Positions 55,501 through 64,000 of a stretch of DNA of 64,000 bases are shown piece after piece. Origin of the DNA: a bacterium (GTDB lineage: Bacteria > Patescibacteriota > Minisyncoccia > Phycocordibacterales > UBA2100); NCBI GenBank assembly GCA_038128225.1, contig JAYPJF010000002.1, positions 258,785 to 322,784 of the forward strand, in the 5' to 3' direction. Positions within the stretch are counted from its first letter, which is position 1. Every line of letters begins with the position of its first letter. A program made the translations under genes and the position numbers. The notes beneath the pieces are model-generated. The model was not told the origin of the DNA and made no database searches. It saw only the letters and a list, made by a program, of their open reading frames with translations.

Positions 55501-55744
55501 GCATCATGCGCTTTGCGTAATATTCGTCCCACTTCGGTTCGCCAAACGTAAATTGTGAAAAGGTAAGCTCGAACTTTTTTGCCGTATGATCGGTAATCGG
55601 AGAAAACTCCTGGAACACCGTTGCAGCACCTTTTTCGATTAACTCTTTAAATGAACGCAATTGCGGCTCCACCAGATTGGGGAGCTCGATGAGTGGCTTT
55701 TGAAACCGCCCGAACACTTTCTGCGGAAGTTCACGCTGACGCAT
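52550..55744 (-). CDS. rpoB: DNA-directed RNA polymerase subunit beta
   Basis: Conserved beta regions; compact at 1064 aa. Confidence 0.95.
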   Translation of the reverse strand: MRQRELPQKVFGRFQKPLIELPNLVEPQLRSFKELIEKGAATVFQEFSPITDHTAKKFELTFSQFTFGEPKWDEYYAKRMMRTYEAPLSVVAKLRNKTTGEEKEQEIFLADFPWMTEHGTFVINGVERVVVPQLARSYGVFFDAVPYRGVNYFTAKIIPLRGVWIEVESEPDGLYVKIDRKRRFPITQLFRVLGAKTEADFVSLLGKVPLAEEMIKKTLAHDTAQSLDEACIEIYRRLRDGDMVTPETARDYVSSILSSERYDLSAVGRFHFNRRFGIPTGEKDLAMLTLSLDDMVRIVKHILTLNADKNARPDDIDNLGFRRVRFVGELLEQKMRVGLSRMKRNIQDRMSMVDTEATLPTQFVNPRPFAASIKEFFTSNQLSQLMEQYNTLDEMEHLRRLSTLGPGGLTSERAGLEVRDVHSSHYGRVCPVHTPEGKNIGLVLHMALYARPNEFGIIETPYAKVKNGKVTDEIVYLNAFDEEQYAIAHAAVARKEDGSIASKLVEARVHGEPTLVPREKIDLIEVATNQLFSVGTSLIPFVENDDANRALMGSNMQKQAVPCVIPAAPLVATGVEESAARDSGRLIIAHEAGEVTYVDARTIKVENKEGKERVYGLVNFARTNGFTVSHQRPIVSVGDKIKRGDVLADTSASVNGQLAIGQNIRVAFMPWSGANYEDAIVVSERLVKDGRFTSIHMEEFECIVRDTKLGPEVTTHDIPNVSEFKLRNLDEDGIIRVGAEVRPGDILVGKVTPKGETQLTPEERLLHSIFGEKAKDVKDTSLRMEGGKRGRIIGVKIFSREQGDQLESGVIKRIHIEVAQLRAISVGDKLAGRHGNKGVISRILPEEDMPYDKNGEPVDIILTPLGVPSRMNLGQILELHLGLAAEMLGYQAIVPSFAGATEKEVREELEKAGINEDGKRTLFDGRTGEAFAQPIAVGVMYMLKLHHMVEDKIHMRAIGPYSLTTQQPLGGKAQNGGQRVGEMEVWAFLGYGAAHTLREILTIKSDDILGRSAAFESIVFRKPIKEGGIPATFNVLVRHLRGLGIDISFTQNEESLTGTYEHNN

Positions 55745-55837
55745 GGAAGTTGCTCTTAGTTCTTTATAAAAAGGAGAAACACGAGCGTACCTTTACTATC
55801 CAAGCATTACTCAGTCGTGTCAAAGGATACGCCGGAG

Positions 55838-55866
55838 ATTCTATTATTGATAGGTATATGTGTCAA
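55838..55866 (-). promoter_or_regulatory. Near-consensus sigma70 promoter upstream of rpoB
   Basis: Minus strand reads TTGACA, 17 nt spacer, TAGAAT (rc of 55861-55866 and 55838-55843); about 90 nt 5' UTR. Confidence 0.4.
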
Positions 55867-55867
55867 G

Positions 55868-55920
55868 TACCAAAAAAACTTTCTGTGGAAAAAGTTGCAG
55901 GCGGCCCGAAGGCCGCCTGC
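55868..55920 (-). terminator. Rho-independent terminator for the small basic gene
   Basis: GCAGGCGGCCcgaaGGCCGCCTGC; on the minus strand followed by aactttttcc...gtttttttg. Confidence 0.5.
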
Positions 55921-55954
55921 GCATACTGGGTTTTCGGAAGCAGGATAGGCTAGC

Positions 55955-56149
55955 CTATCCTCTACGGTTCCACAGTTCAGCACTGGAACCTTCCTTCACC
56001 CACGACACAACCAAAGCCTCGCCGCGAAGACTTTCCCGCTCGATTCGGCGACGAGCAAAATCGCGTGCGAAGCGATCGCGTTCGCTGTTGCTCATCTCCT
56101 CTTTTGTCGGGCGGTGCTTCGCTTTCCTTGCCTTGGGTTTCTGAGGCAT
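55955..56149 (-). CDS. Small basic hypothetical protein (64 aa)
   Basis: GGAGGA 5 nt before ATG; MPQKPKARKAKHRPTKEEMSNSERDRFARDFARRRIERESL...; its own terminator; an 18-nt palindrome GGATAGGCTAGCCTATCC overlaps the stop. Confidence 0.45.
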   Translation of the reverse strand: MPQKPKARKAKHRPTKEEMSNSERDRFARDFARRRIERESLRGEALVVSWVKEGSSAELWNRRG

Positions 56150-56237
56150 ACCATTCCTCCACCTCTATCGAAGAACCGGTCTCCAGGTTCTACCCCTTTG
56201 CCGGTCCTTTGCCATTTAACTACGATTTAGAGTTGCG

Positions 56238-56942
56238 TCAAACTTTTTGTTTGCGTACCTGTGTATCAGATTTTTGTTGTCTCCATTGCTCTATCGCCGC
56301 ATGATCACCCGAAAGAAGCACTTTCGGCACCGAATATTTCTTCTTTTTCCAGACAAACACCTCGGGTCGCGTGTAGACGTCATGGCTCGCACTCGCTTTT
56401 TGTTGCTCACCTTTTGAAAAATGCGTGCTGTGCCGTTTTTCTTCTAATGAATTTTCATCGCCAAGCACCCCAGGAACAAACCGCGCGATCGTATCAATCA
56501 CCGTAGCAGCTGGCAGTTCACCTCCGGTAAGGACGTATGGCCCGACGCTTATCGGGAGCGCACCGGTGATGCGCGCCACGCGCGCATCGACTCCTTCATA
56601 CCGACCGCAAATAAGAACCACATGTTTTTTCTGAGCATATTTTTCTGCATGCGCGCCAGTGAACTGTTCACCCCCTGGCGAAAAAAACAAAACGATCGCG
56701 CCGCGCACACCTTTTGTTGCTTTTTCTATTGCACGCAACATTGCTTCCGGTTCGATCACCATTCCCGGCCCGCCGCCGTATGGTTTACGGTCCACCCGCT
56801 TCCATTTGTCGTCGGTATACTCGCGCGGATTGTAGTAAGAGATCTTTATGTGCCTGCTTTTTTGGGCACGCCCCAGAATTGAACTCTCAAGATACGGTGC
56901 AATTGCCTCGGGGAATAGCGTGACGATGTGGAAATGTATCAT
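56238..56942 (-). CDS. trmD: tRNA (guanine37-N1)-methyltransferase
   Basis: MIHFHIVTLFPE... SPOUT-fold TrmD N-terminus; length about 235 aa. Confidence 0.85.
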   Translation of the reverse strand: MIHFHIVTLFPEAIAPYLESSILGRAQKSRHIKISYYNPREYTDDKWKRVDRKPYGGGPGMVIEPEAMLRAIEKATKGVRGAIVLFFSPGGEQFTGAHAEKYAQKKHVVLICGRYEGVDARVARITGALPISVGPYVLTGGELPAATVIDTIARFVPGVLGDENSLEEKRHSTHFSKGEQQKASASHDVYTRPEVFVWKKKKYSVPKVLLSGDHAAIEQWRQQKSDTQVRKQKV

Positions 56943-57061
56943 TAATTGACTTTTACCATTTGTGAGGTAAAAAATCAATCGCAAACTGATGGCACCCTTC
57001 GGAAAGAAACCGGCGAGGGCGCCGGTTTCTCTTTTAAAATCTCTAGCCTCCAAGGAGAGTG

Positions 57062-57376
57062 TTATGATTCTAGATCAGCAAGCGCCTCATCCACAGTCTT
57101 TTCTCGTGCAGGCGCATCAGGGCGCGCACCACCTTCCGGCTCATTAATCTTGAGATTGACACGCGCATCGTGCTTCATACCCACGACACGCAATAATACG
57201 CGGATTGCTTTTGCAGTTGCTCCTGCCCGGCCAATGACTTTGCCCATATCGTCTTTCCCTACCTCAAGCGTCAAAAGTACTCCCATCTCATCGACGGTAC
57301 GGTTAATTTTCACCTGATCAGGACTATCAACTAGCGCCTTAACTACGTATTCCAAAAAAGCTTGATCTCGTTCCAT
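57062..57376 (-). CDS. KH-domain RNA-binding protein (YlqC/UPF0109 family)
   Basis: VIGRAGATAKAIRVL KH GxxG loop; typical position between rpsP and trmD. Confidence 0.75.
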   Translation of the reverse strand: MERDQAFLEYVVKALVDSPDQVKINRTVDEMGVLLTLEVGKDDMGKVIGRAGATAKAIRVLLRVVGMKHDARVNLKINEPEGGARPDAPAREKTVDEALADLES

Positions 57377-57465
57377 GCAGTCTTGTTAGTTCGGTTAAAC
57401 GGACGCGCACATCCTCACGCTCCATTGTATCGGTGAGCCTTTTGAGGTCAATGTGGCTAAAAGGA

Positions 57466-57885
57466 TTACGCAGATGCACCATCGGCACCTCCTGCGTCTG
57501 TTGCCCCAGTGTCACCTCCACTCTGTCCAGCTTCTGATTCTTCTGCTTTTTCCGCAGCAGCAACGGGGGCCGCGCTTGCTACAGCAGCCTCTTCTTTATC
57601 TTCTTTTTTGGGCGGTGACTTTTTAGGTAAAACGTTTATTTTCTTCCCAGAAAGAATCTTCGCATTAATCAGCATGTTATGCATAGACTCCGACACTTGA
57701 GCACCTTTTGAAATCCAGTACTCGATCCGCTCTTTATTAAGTGTTTGTTGTTTCGTGTGCGGATCGTAAAAACCCAACTTTTCAAGAAAACGACCGCTCT
57801 TCGGGCCCATAGTGTGCTCTCCTACAACAACACGAAAACTGGGGTCGTTCTTGCGGCCAGTTCTCTGCATTCGGATCTTTAACAT
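57466..57885 (-). CDS. rpsP: 30S ribosomal protein bS16 with a C-terminal Ala/Lys-rich extension
   Basis: MLKIRMQRTGRKNDPSFRVVV... Confidence 0.85.
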   Translation of the reverse strand: MLKIRMQRTGRKNDPSFRVVVGEHTMGPKSGRFLEKLGFYDPHTKQQTLNKERIEYWISKGAQVSESMHNMLINAKILSGKKINVLPKKSPPKKEDKEEAAVASAAPVAAAEKAEESEAGQSGGDTGATDAGGADGASA

Positions 57886-58079
57886 ACGCGCGCTACTGTA
57901 CCAGGGAATCACTGTACATGCAATAGTTGCAGTAATGCGTATCTAGGTATCTAATAGTTCCAGTTCCACCCAAACCCCAAAGGAGGTGAGTCAACTGTCA
58001 GCCAATACAATAACTTGGATCACCGTGCTCGTGATCCTGGGCATCGTTGGCTACGCCGTCATTTGGTGAGGCGGATGGC

Positions 58080-58117
58080 AAACAAATACAAACGGTCCGC
58101 CCTTCTCAGGGCGGACC
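58080..58117 (-). terminator. Rho-independent terminator for the L,D-transpeptidase gene
   Basis: GGTCCGCCCttctcaGGGCGGACC; on the minus strand followed by gtttgtatttgtt. Confidence 0.45.
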
Positions 58118-58133
58118 GAACTTATGCCGTGCT

Positions 58134-58853
58134 TTAGTTGGAAGCGGTCTCCGCGTCCAAAGCACGAATCTCAGCGTGAACAAGTTCCTCGTCGAGATCG
58201 CTGAGACTCTCGACGATGACGACGACCGCTTCGTGCTTATACGGGACGAACACGTTCCTGAAGAGGAACTCAGCCCAGTCGGGGCGGACCCGGATGCACC
58301 CATGGCTTGCCCAGCCGTACTTCACATTCCCGGCGTGGAGGGCGTAGCCGTCATGGAGCCGATTTCCGTCGGCACCATGATCGATGAACGCCGAGAATGG
58401 CATCGAAGCATCGTACTTCCCCGATACATAATTCTCGTCGACCATCGCTATCTTGTACGACCCCGTTGGAGTCGCGAAGCCGCGGCGCCCAGAAGAAATG
58501 GGAGCCACCACCGACACCACTTCTCCAGTCGTACTCTGCGCCTTCATACGCTCGCCACTTGGATGGTATGCGGCAAGCGTCTGCTGCTCGAGGTCGACCA
58601 CGACCACCGGAACTCCGAGAGGAGGGAGTTCCTCGGGCATACCGAGTAGGGTCGGTCGCCGAGTACGCGGGTCAGGATCAGAGGCGGGTCGCCGAATGCG
58701 CTCAGCAGTCGGGGCACGCAAAGTAGTATGAGCCTTCTTCTTCGACTTCACCATCTCTTCGTATCGGCGTTCGCCGAAAGTCGACTCGGCTCGCGCCGAG
58801 TCATTCACGGTGAAGAATACCGCGAAACACGCCAGCATCATCAATATTCTCAT
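58134..58853 (-). CDS. L,D-transpeptidase (YkuD domain), secreted
   Basis: Signal peptide MRILMMLACFAVFFTVNDSARA; catalytic HDGYALHAG...ASHGCIRV. Confidence 0.8.
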   Translation of the reverse strand: MRILMMLACFAVFFTVNDSARAESTFGERRYEEMVKSKKKAHTTLRAPTAERIRRPASDPDPRTRRPTLLGMPEELPPLGVPVVVVDLEQQTLAAYHPSGERMKAQSTTGEVVSVVAPISSGRRGFATPTGSYKIAMVDENYVSGKYDASMPFSAFIDHGADGNRLHDGYALHAGNVKYGWASHGCIRVRPDWAEFLFRNVFVPYKHEAVVVIVESLSDLDEELVHAEIRALDAETASN

Positions 58854-58981
58854 GCTGATTCCTTTCGATTTTTTGCTGCCTGTCGTTTTATCCGTTAAAA
58901 TTATGACACGCCAGTATAAAAAAATCAAGCAACAAAAAGGGCCCAGGATGACCTGGGCCCGAAATTCGCCTAGCAAGGCGT

Positions 58982-59998
58982 TTACTTCTTCTTTTTCTGC
59001 CCACCCCCGCTGCTCATACCCTTGGCGGGCTGAGCAGCAAGACGATTGGCGCGATTCTCCTCCCTCCTCTTCTTGATTTTCGCGCGCTTGAGGGCAGCAT
59101 CATGCGACTGCACGCGCACCTGTTCGGCAGGAACTCCCACGTCACGAGTATGCGCGACATTGATGCGCATCGCGTGTTCCGAAGAAATTCTCCGCAGCAC
59201 AGAAACCGCATGCTCTTGCACTGCCTTGCGCAACCCAACATCCCACGCGAACTCCTCGAGGATTTCGAAAGCCTTCGCAAAGACGTACTTGTTCCGCCCG
59301 GCAACTGCGAGCATGCTGACAAGCTGGTGAAGTGCGAAGTCTTCACGCTTCACCCTCTGATCTCCGTCGCACTCTTTGGCTGCCGCTAGCATGGTGAGTA
59401 CTTCCGCGATGCGAACATCTGCCTGCTCTTCATGGGAGAGCGCATCAGTGACGAGCGTCCCTCCCTCCCGAGCAATGCGCACAACTCGCCCGTCGACATA
59501 CATGATGTCAGCGTACTGCCCATCTCTCTCAAACGAGAGGAGCCACTCACCCTGGCTCTCCATACGTACATCTGCATCACCCGCCACCACCGTCTGGAGG
59601 CGCTCTTTTGGAACATACCGCGCCGGTGCGTGGGTGATGACGTGCAAGAGAAGCGACGTCTCAGAAGATGGGTACACGAGCAGCAACATCCGGCCGCCGC
59701 TTTGCGTCATGCGCTCCTCAAGCGCGACTCGCTTGGCAATGCCGATAGTGCTGCCCTCTTTTACATACTCACACCCTCGTTCAACTCCGTGCTCGACGCG
59801 GCTATCCCGAAGGACGAACCGCTCGCCCACAAAGAGCGCCGGCCGATTCCGGGTGAGCGGATGCTCGAGCGTCAAAGCGACCCCTTCGAAGAGCTTGCTG
59901 TCCCACCCTATGCTGTACCCCAGTGCCCTTTTGCTGAGCGTACCAGCACTAAGAAGAGTCTGCCCCATTTTCAATACTCCATTTTTCAACCCGCCCAT
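58982..59998 (-). CDS. Hypothetical protein with a C-terminal Lys/Arg-rich tail
   Basis: No recognisable domain; ends ...KKRREENRANRLAAQPAKGMSSGGGQKKKK. Confidence 0.45.
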   Translation of the reverse strand: MGGLKNGVLKMGQTLLSAGTLSKRALGYSIGWDSKLFEGVALTLEHPLTRNRPALFVGERFVLRDSRVEHGVERGCEYVKEGSTIGIAKRVALEERMTQSGGRMLLLVYPSSETSLLLHVITHAPARYVPKERLQTVVAGDADVRMESQGEWLLSFERDGQYADIMYVDGRVVRIAREGGTLVTDALSHEEQADVRIAEVLTMLAAAKECDGDQRVKREDFALHQLVSMLAVAGRNKYVFAKAFEILEEFAWDVGLRKAVQEHAVSVLRRISSEHAMRINVAHTRDVGVPAEQVRVQSHDAALKRAKIKKRREENRANRLAAQPAKGMSSGGGQKKKK

Positions 59999-60083
59999 GC
60001 GGGCACCGCCAAGCTTTTACTATATTTAATAGCATCTGTCAAGACCTTACGTGTATTAGGGTTTTGTTTGCTATGCTTCTTGT

Positions 60084-62018
60084 ATGCCCAAAAAAGACTT
60101 GCAGGCACACGGTGTCATTGATGTCACGCGCCGTGGCGTCGGGTATCTTCCCCATGAAGATCTGGAGCTTGATATTGAAATCCCGCACGAAGAGCTCAAC
60201 ACTGCCCTTAACGGTGATGAGGTGAGAGTTGCAATCACTTCGCACGGGCGGGGAAAGCGGACACGAGGCACCGTGATCGAAATTATTAAGCGCGCACGAG
60301 AAGCGTACGTAGGAACGCTGAAGCACTCGGCGGCGCGTGGCTTCGAATTTATTTCCTCGGACCCGCGCTTCTACCCCACGCTCCGCATCCCTCCCGAAGA
60401 AGCCGCGCAGGCTACCGAAAAAGACAAAGTCATTGTGCGTATTACGCGTTGGGTTCCGGGCACCGACCCTGTAGGCGCCGTTATTGAAGTAATCGGCACC
60501 GCAGGAGCACACGAGACTGAAATGCGTGCTGCAGTACTTGCGCGCGGCATGAGTATTGAATTTCCAAAAGAAGTCGAGTATGAAGCAGAAGCACTCAACC
60601 GTACACGCGGCATGTCCGCAGAAGAAATCGCGCGTCGTCGTGATTTTCGTGCAGTGACCACGTTTACCATCGATCCTGACGACGCGAAAGATTTTGACGA
60701 CGCGCTTTCCGTGCGAAAAATTTCCGAAGACACGTACGAAATTGGCGTTCATATTGCCGATGTAACCCACTACGTGCGCCCCAATACTGCGCTTGACCGC
60801 GAAGCCCGCACACGCGGTACCTCTATTTATTTGGTGGACAGAACAATTCCCATGCTCCCCGAAGTGCTTTCAAACGACCTCTGTTCTCTGCGCCCGAACG
60901 AAGACAGACTCACTTTTTCTGCAGTGTTTACGGTAGACATGAATGGCCGGATTCTTGAGCGATGGTTTGGCAAATCTATCATTCACTCGAACCGGCGCTT
61001 TACGTATCGCGAAGCGCAGCAGGTACTCGACGGGAACTCACCTGAATATAAAGAAGAGCTTGAGACACTCGCCACAATTGGAAAGAAGCTACGCCGTAAA
61101 CGCGAACAAGAAGGTGCGCTTTCATTTGATACCGACGAAGTGAAATTCGAACTCGATGAACACGGGAAGCCGGTTCGCGCCTATGTGAAAGAACGACTCG
61201 AGACAATGCGTGTCATCGAAGACTGGATGCTCCTCGCAAACCAAGAAGTCGCGCAGTGGGTTTCGAACCACGTCAAAGGCAAAAAACCTGCGGAGCAAGT
61301 GTTCATTTACCGTATCCACGACTCGCCTGACCATGATCGTTTGGAAGAGCTGCGCATTTTTCTTAAAGCAGTTGGCTATGATCTTGGCAAGGAAGGGCGG
61401 CAAATTGAATCACGCGACATCGACACACTTCTACGAACCGTGCGCGGCACTCAGGAAGAGGCGGTAATTCAAATGGCAACACTGCGCTCCATGGCGAAAG
61501 CAGTCTATAGTCACAAAAATATTGGTCATTTCTCACTCAGTTTCAAACACTACACCCATTTTACTTCTCCGATTCGTCGCTACCCCGATATGATGGTGCA
61601 CCGCATTCTTGCATCGCACCTCCACAATGAACCACTCTCCACTGAAGAACTGGCAGCGTACCAGCGCGCGGCACTCGCGGCATCGGAACGAGAAGTTGCC
61701 GCGGTAGAAGCAGAACGTGAATCGATTAAATACAAACAAGTCGAATTCATGACGAGCAAAATCGGCACTCTATTTGAAGGCACGATCACTGGCGTTACCG
61801 AACACGGCCTCTACATCGCCGAGAAAGAAACACGTGCCGAAGGATTCGTGCACGTTTCCTTGCTTCAAGACGATTATTACGATTTCAAAGCGCGCTCCTA
61901 TTCACTCGTTGGCTCGCGCACAAAAAAGGCCTATCGGATGGGTGACCGCGTACAAATCAAACTCCTACGCGCGGATCTTGAATCACGGCAGATCGAATGG
62001 GGCCTAGACTTAGAATAA
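60084..62018 (+). CDS. rnr: Ribonuclease R (RNB-family 3'-5' exoribonuclease with a C-terminal S1 domain)
   Basis: Cold-shock-like N-terminus; RNB domain (DPDDAKDFDDA); S1 domain at the C-terminus. Confidence 0.9.
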   Translation: MPKKDLQAHGVIDVTRRGVGYLPHEDLELDIEIPHEELNTALNGDEVRVAITSHGRGKRTRGTVIEIIKRAREAYVGTLKHSAARGFEFISSDPRFYPTLRIPPEEAAQATEKDKVIVRITRWVPGTDPVGAVIEVIGTAGAHETEMRAAVLARGMSIEFPKEVEYEAEALNRTRGMSAEEIARRRDFRAVTTFTIDPDDAKDFDDALSVRKISEDTYEIGVHIADVTHYVRPNTALDREARTRGTSIYLVDRTIPMLPEVLSNDLCSLRPNEDRLTFSAVFTVDMNGRILERWFGKSIIHSNRRFTYREAQQVLDGNSPEYKEELETLATIGKKLRRKREQEGALSFDTDEVKFELDEHGKPVRAYVKERLETMRVIEDWMLLANQEVAQWVSNHVKGKKPAEQVFIYRIHDSPDHDRLEELRIFLKAVGYDLGKEGRQIESRDIDTLLRTVRGTQEEAVIQMATLRSMAKAVYSHKNIGHFSLSFKHYTHFTSPIRRYPDMMVHRILASHLHNEPLSTEELAAYQRAALAASEREVAAVEAERESIKYKQVEFMTSKIGTLFEGTITGVTEHGLYIAEKETRAEGFVHVSLLQDDYYDFKARSYSLVGSRTKKAYRMGDRVQIKLLRADLESRQIEWGLDLE

Positions 62019-64000
62019 CTATTTCGCTACTCGCTCCGCTTCGGCAAGCTTGACTGAAAGGAGGCGCGACACACCATCTTGGCCCATGGTAACCCCATAG
62101 AGTTCCCCCGCTGCAGACATCGTTGCACGATTGTGAGTAATGAGAATGAGTTGGCTGCGTTTTCCTAACTCCATGATCATGTCTGCATAACGCCGTGAGT
62201 TTGCCTCATCAAGCGCAGCATCGGTTTCATCAAGAATCAAAAACGGTGGCGGGTTCACCTGAGACATGGCAAAAATCATTGCGATCGACGTAAGCGCTCG
62301 CTCACCCCCAGACAAGACTTCGAGTCCGCGCACTTTCTTGCGAGGCAGCTGCACCGACACTGCCAAACCAGCAATGGGGGTGCGTTCAGCGGGAATCTCA
62401 AATTCTTCCTCTACTGCAGCAAGCTCCTCCGCAGCATCAGGATCAATCGTTTTCCGTTCCGGTTTTTCAATTACCAATTTTGCACTTCCGCCGCCAAACA
62501 GTCGTGTGAAAAACGCCATCAGTGCTTCATTGATTCGCTCCAAACCCTCGGTGAATTTTTCGTCCATCTTTTGGTCGAGCTCTTTGATGATTTCGCGTAA
62601 ATTCTTTTCTGATTGTGACAAATCACCTAACTCCCGTTCCAAAAACACATCGCGCTCTTGTGTTTGTTTGAATTCCTTCATCACCTCCTCACTGTTTCCT
62701 GCGCCATATTCTTCTATTTTTATCTTAAGACGTTCGATGGCTTTCCGTCGCGTTTCTTGCTCGTGCCGTGGTTCCGTGAGCGCCCCGTGCGGCACTTCTC
62801 CTTTATGCCATTCGTGAATCGCTGCGCCAATAAGCGCGATACCTTCTCGCACTTCCTCTTCAAACGATTGTTTCGCATGAGCAACAAGCTCCAAACTACG
62901 CTCAACGTCACGAAGACGCCCTTCAAGCTCCTTTAACTCCGCTCCCGCGGTAAGACGCGCGCGTTCTACTTCATGCGCGTGTTCTCGCGCCTGATCACGT
63001 TCTCGTTCAAGTTCGCGCACTCGCTCTGTATGCACCAGCTCCTCTTCCTGTAAGCGCGCAAGTTCTTGTGCGTACTCTGCGACATGATGCTCTGCTTTCA
63101 TGCGCTCTTGGTCATGTTCCGCGCCACCTTCAATACCGCGCATAAATTGTTCCGCCTCATCTCTGATGCGCGCTATATGTTCGCGCGCCACACCATGATC
63201 AGGCGCAGAAAGTGCGGTTTCCGCGAAACGCATTATGATTCGTGCAAAACCAGAAGCGCGCTCAGTAGGAACTGAGACCGGCCCCGCAGCTTTCTTCACC
63301 AAATCAAGTGCTCCCTCCGCCCGCCCAAGTGCACGCATCACTTCCTCACGCTTCGCCCGTGTCGTCTCAAGTGCGCGCTCGGCCGCGCGAATCTCTTCCA
63401 AGCGTTCTTTAGGTGCCGCCGATGGCGTCGGCGCTGTGTGTGCGACAACTGATTGATGCGTATGTGTAAGCGCATCCCGTTCATCGGTAAGCCGCGTTTT
63501 TTCTGCAACAATCCACGCGTCTTCGCGTGCCAAATAGTCGGCAAGTTTTGCTGCAAGCTCTTCTTTTAAATCGCGTGCTTTTTCGATACGCTCCACCTGT
63601 TTTCGCAAAAACTTCAGATGCGGGGCAAGTTCTCGGCGCAGTGATTCTACTTTTTCTATATTCTCTTTTGTCTCCTCGAGCTTACGTTCGCTTTCAGCTT
63701 TTTTATGCTGGTACAGCTTAAGCCCAAGCGCATCCTCAACCATCTCGCGCCGCTCTCGGGGCGAAGCATTTAAAATACGATCTGCCTCTCCTTGTGAAAT
63801 GATCTGATATCCTGAACCGCCAATATTTGCTCCGGCAAGAAGCCGAATCACATCTTTAAGCCGGACGGCACTTCCGTTAAGCACGTATTCATTTTGACCA
63901 TCGCGATACACAATGCGTTCGATCGCCACTTCTTCAAAATCAATATCCAGACGGCGTGACGAATTATCAAACACCGCTTTCACCGACGCCCTATTTTGCC
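62019..64000 (-). CDS. smc: Chromosome segregation protein SMC, C-terminal part (N-terminus beyond window end)
   Basis: Long coiled coil; signature LSGGERALTSIAMIFAMSQ; Walker B FLILDETDAALD; D-loop/H-loop LILITHN. No stop before the window edge. Confidence 0.85.
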   Translation of the reverse strand, partial: QNRASVKAVFDNSSRRLDIDFEEVAIERIVYRDGQNEYVLNGSAVRLKDVIRLLAGANIGGSGYQIISQGEADRILNASPRERREMVEDALGLKLYQHKKAESERKLEETKENIEKVESLRRELAPHLKFLRKQVERIEKARDLKEELAAKLADYLAREDAWIVAEKTRLTDERDALTHTHQSVVAHTAPTPSAAPKERLEEIRAAERALETTRAKREEVMRALGRAEGALDLVKKAAGPVSVPTERASGFARIIMRFAETALSAPDHGVAREHIARIRDEAEQFMRGIEGGAEHDQERMKAEHHVAEYAQELARLQEEELVHTERVRELERERDQAREHAHEVERARLTAGAELKELEGRLRDVERSLELVAHAKQSFEEEVREGIALIGAAIHEWHKGEVPHGALTEPRHEQETRRKAIERLKIKIEEYGAGNSEEVMKEFKQTQERDVFLERELGDLSQSEKNLREIIKELDQKMDEKFTEGLERINEALMAFFTRLFGGGSAKLVIEKPERKTIDPDAAEELAAVEEEFEIPAERTPIAGLAVSVQLPRKKVRGLEVLSGGERALTSIAMIFAMSQVNPPPFLILDETDAALDEANSRRYADMIMELGKRSQLILITHNRATMSAAGELYGVTMGQDGVSRLLSVKLAEAERVAK

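Noticed and set aside
57960-58075. AAAGGAGG SD followed by a short hydrophobic frame (VSQLSANTITWITVLVILGIVGYAVIW)
   Set aside because: The only in-frame start (GTG) overlaps the SD with zero spacing and no alternative start has proper spacing. It is probably part of the rpsP upstream leader/promoter region.
58047-58649. 200-aa plus-strand ORF opposite the L,D-transpeptidase gene
   Set aside because: The minus-strand frame carries the YkuD catalytic HxxxxxxxSHGC motif and a signal peptide. The plus-strand ORF is an antisense artefact.
1-64000. Search for tRNA, rRNA, CRISPR arrays, transposases, integrases
   Set aside because: No TpsiC-arm (GGTTCGAATCC-like) plus acceptor-stem combinations, no rRNA-like conserved blocks, no regularly spaced direct repeats and no transposase or integrase-like ORFs were seen. 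The only substantial repeats are the intragenic duplication at 29161/29791 and short terminator palindromes.

Overview
This 64-kb window looks like chromosomal sequence from a small-genome bacterium of about 50% GC, possibly a Patescibacteria/CPR-like lineage. Coding density is high, with overlapping operons and many short hairpin terminators. Contents in order: (1) a cell-envelope glycan cluster (partial HAD hydrolase, GT4 glycosyltransferase, sulfotransferase, M15 D-Ala-D-Ala carboxypeptidase, secreted NodB-type deacetylase, cytidylyltransferase) followed by a mannoside-salvage set (two GH130 genes, one of them a tandem-domain protein, a PMI-type cupin and a phosphomannomutase). (2) An orphan Mu-Gam-like gene with its own promoter and terminator. 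(3) An ABC transporter (ATPase plus ABC-2 permease) with an OmpR-type two-component system. (4) A nucleotide-sugar dehydrogenase, a processive GT2 synthase (QxxRW) and a polysaccharide deacetylase, which together resemble a HasAB/NodBC/PgaBC-style exopolysaccharide locus. (5) An M48 protease. (6) A three-gene MotA/TolQ/ExbB-family operon with two uncharacterized membrane partners. (7) Four large secreted low-complexity proteins (DUF11, PG-binding domains, Gly-rich internal duplication). (8) A TrmB regulator, UNG, a SET-domain protein, HisS, a DEDD exonuclease, UppP, DsbA, and a PD-(D/E)XK nuclease island with small peptide genes. (9) A DabA/DabB inorganic-carbon pump pair. (10) An MMS-like operon (Arg-rich S21-like ORF, dnaG, rpoD), then rpoC and rpoB, trmD, a KH protein, rpsP, an L,D-transpeptidase, RNase R and a partial SMC. 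I found no rRNA, tRNA, CRISPR array, transposase or integrase. The most unusual element is the MotA-like three-gene membrane module, whose second gene sits in the ExbD/MotB position but lacks the canonical Asp; the DabAB pair, the Gam orphan and the surface-protein repeat family are also worth a second look.
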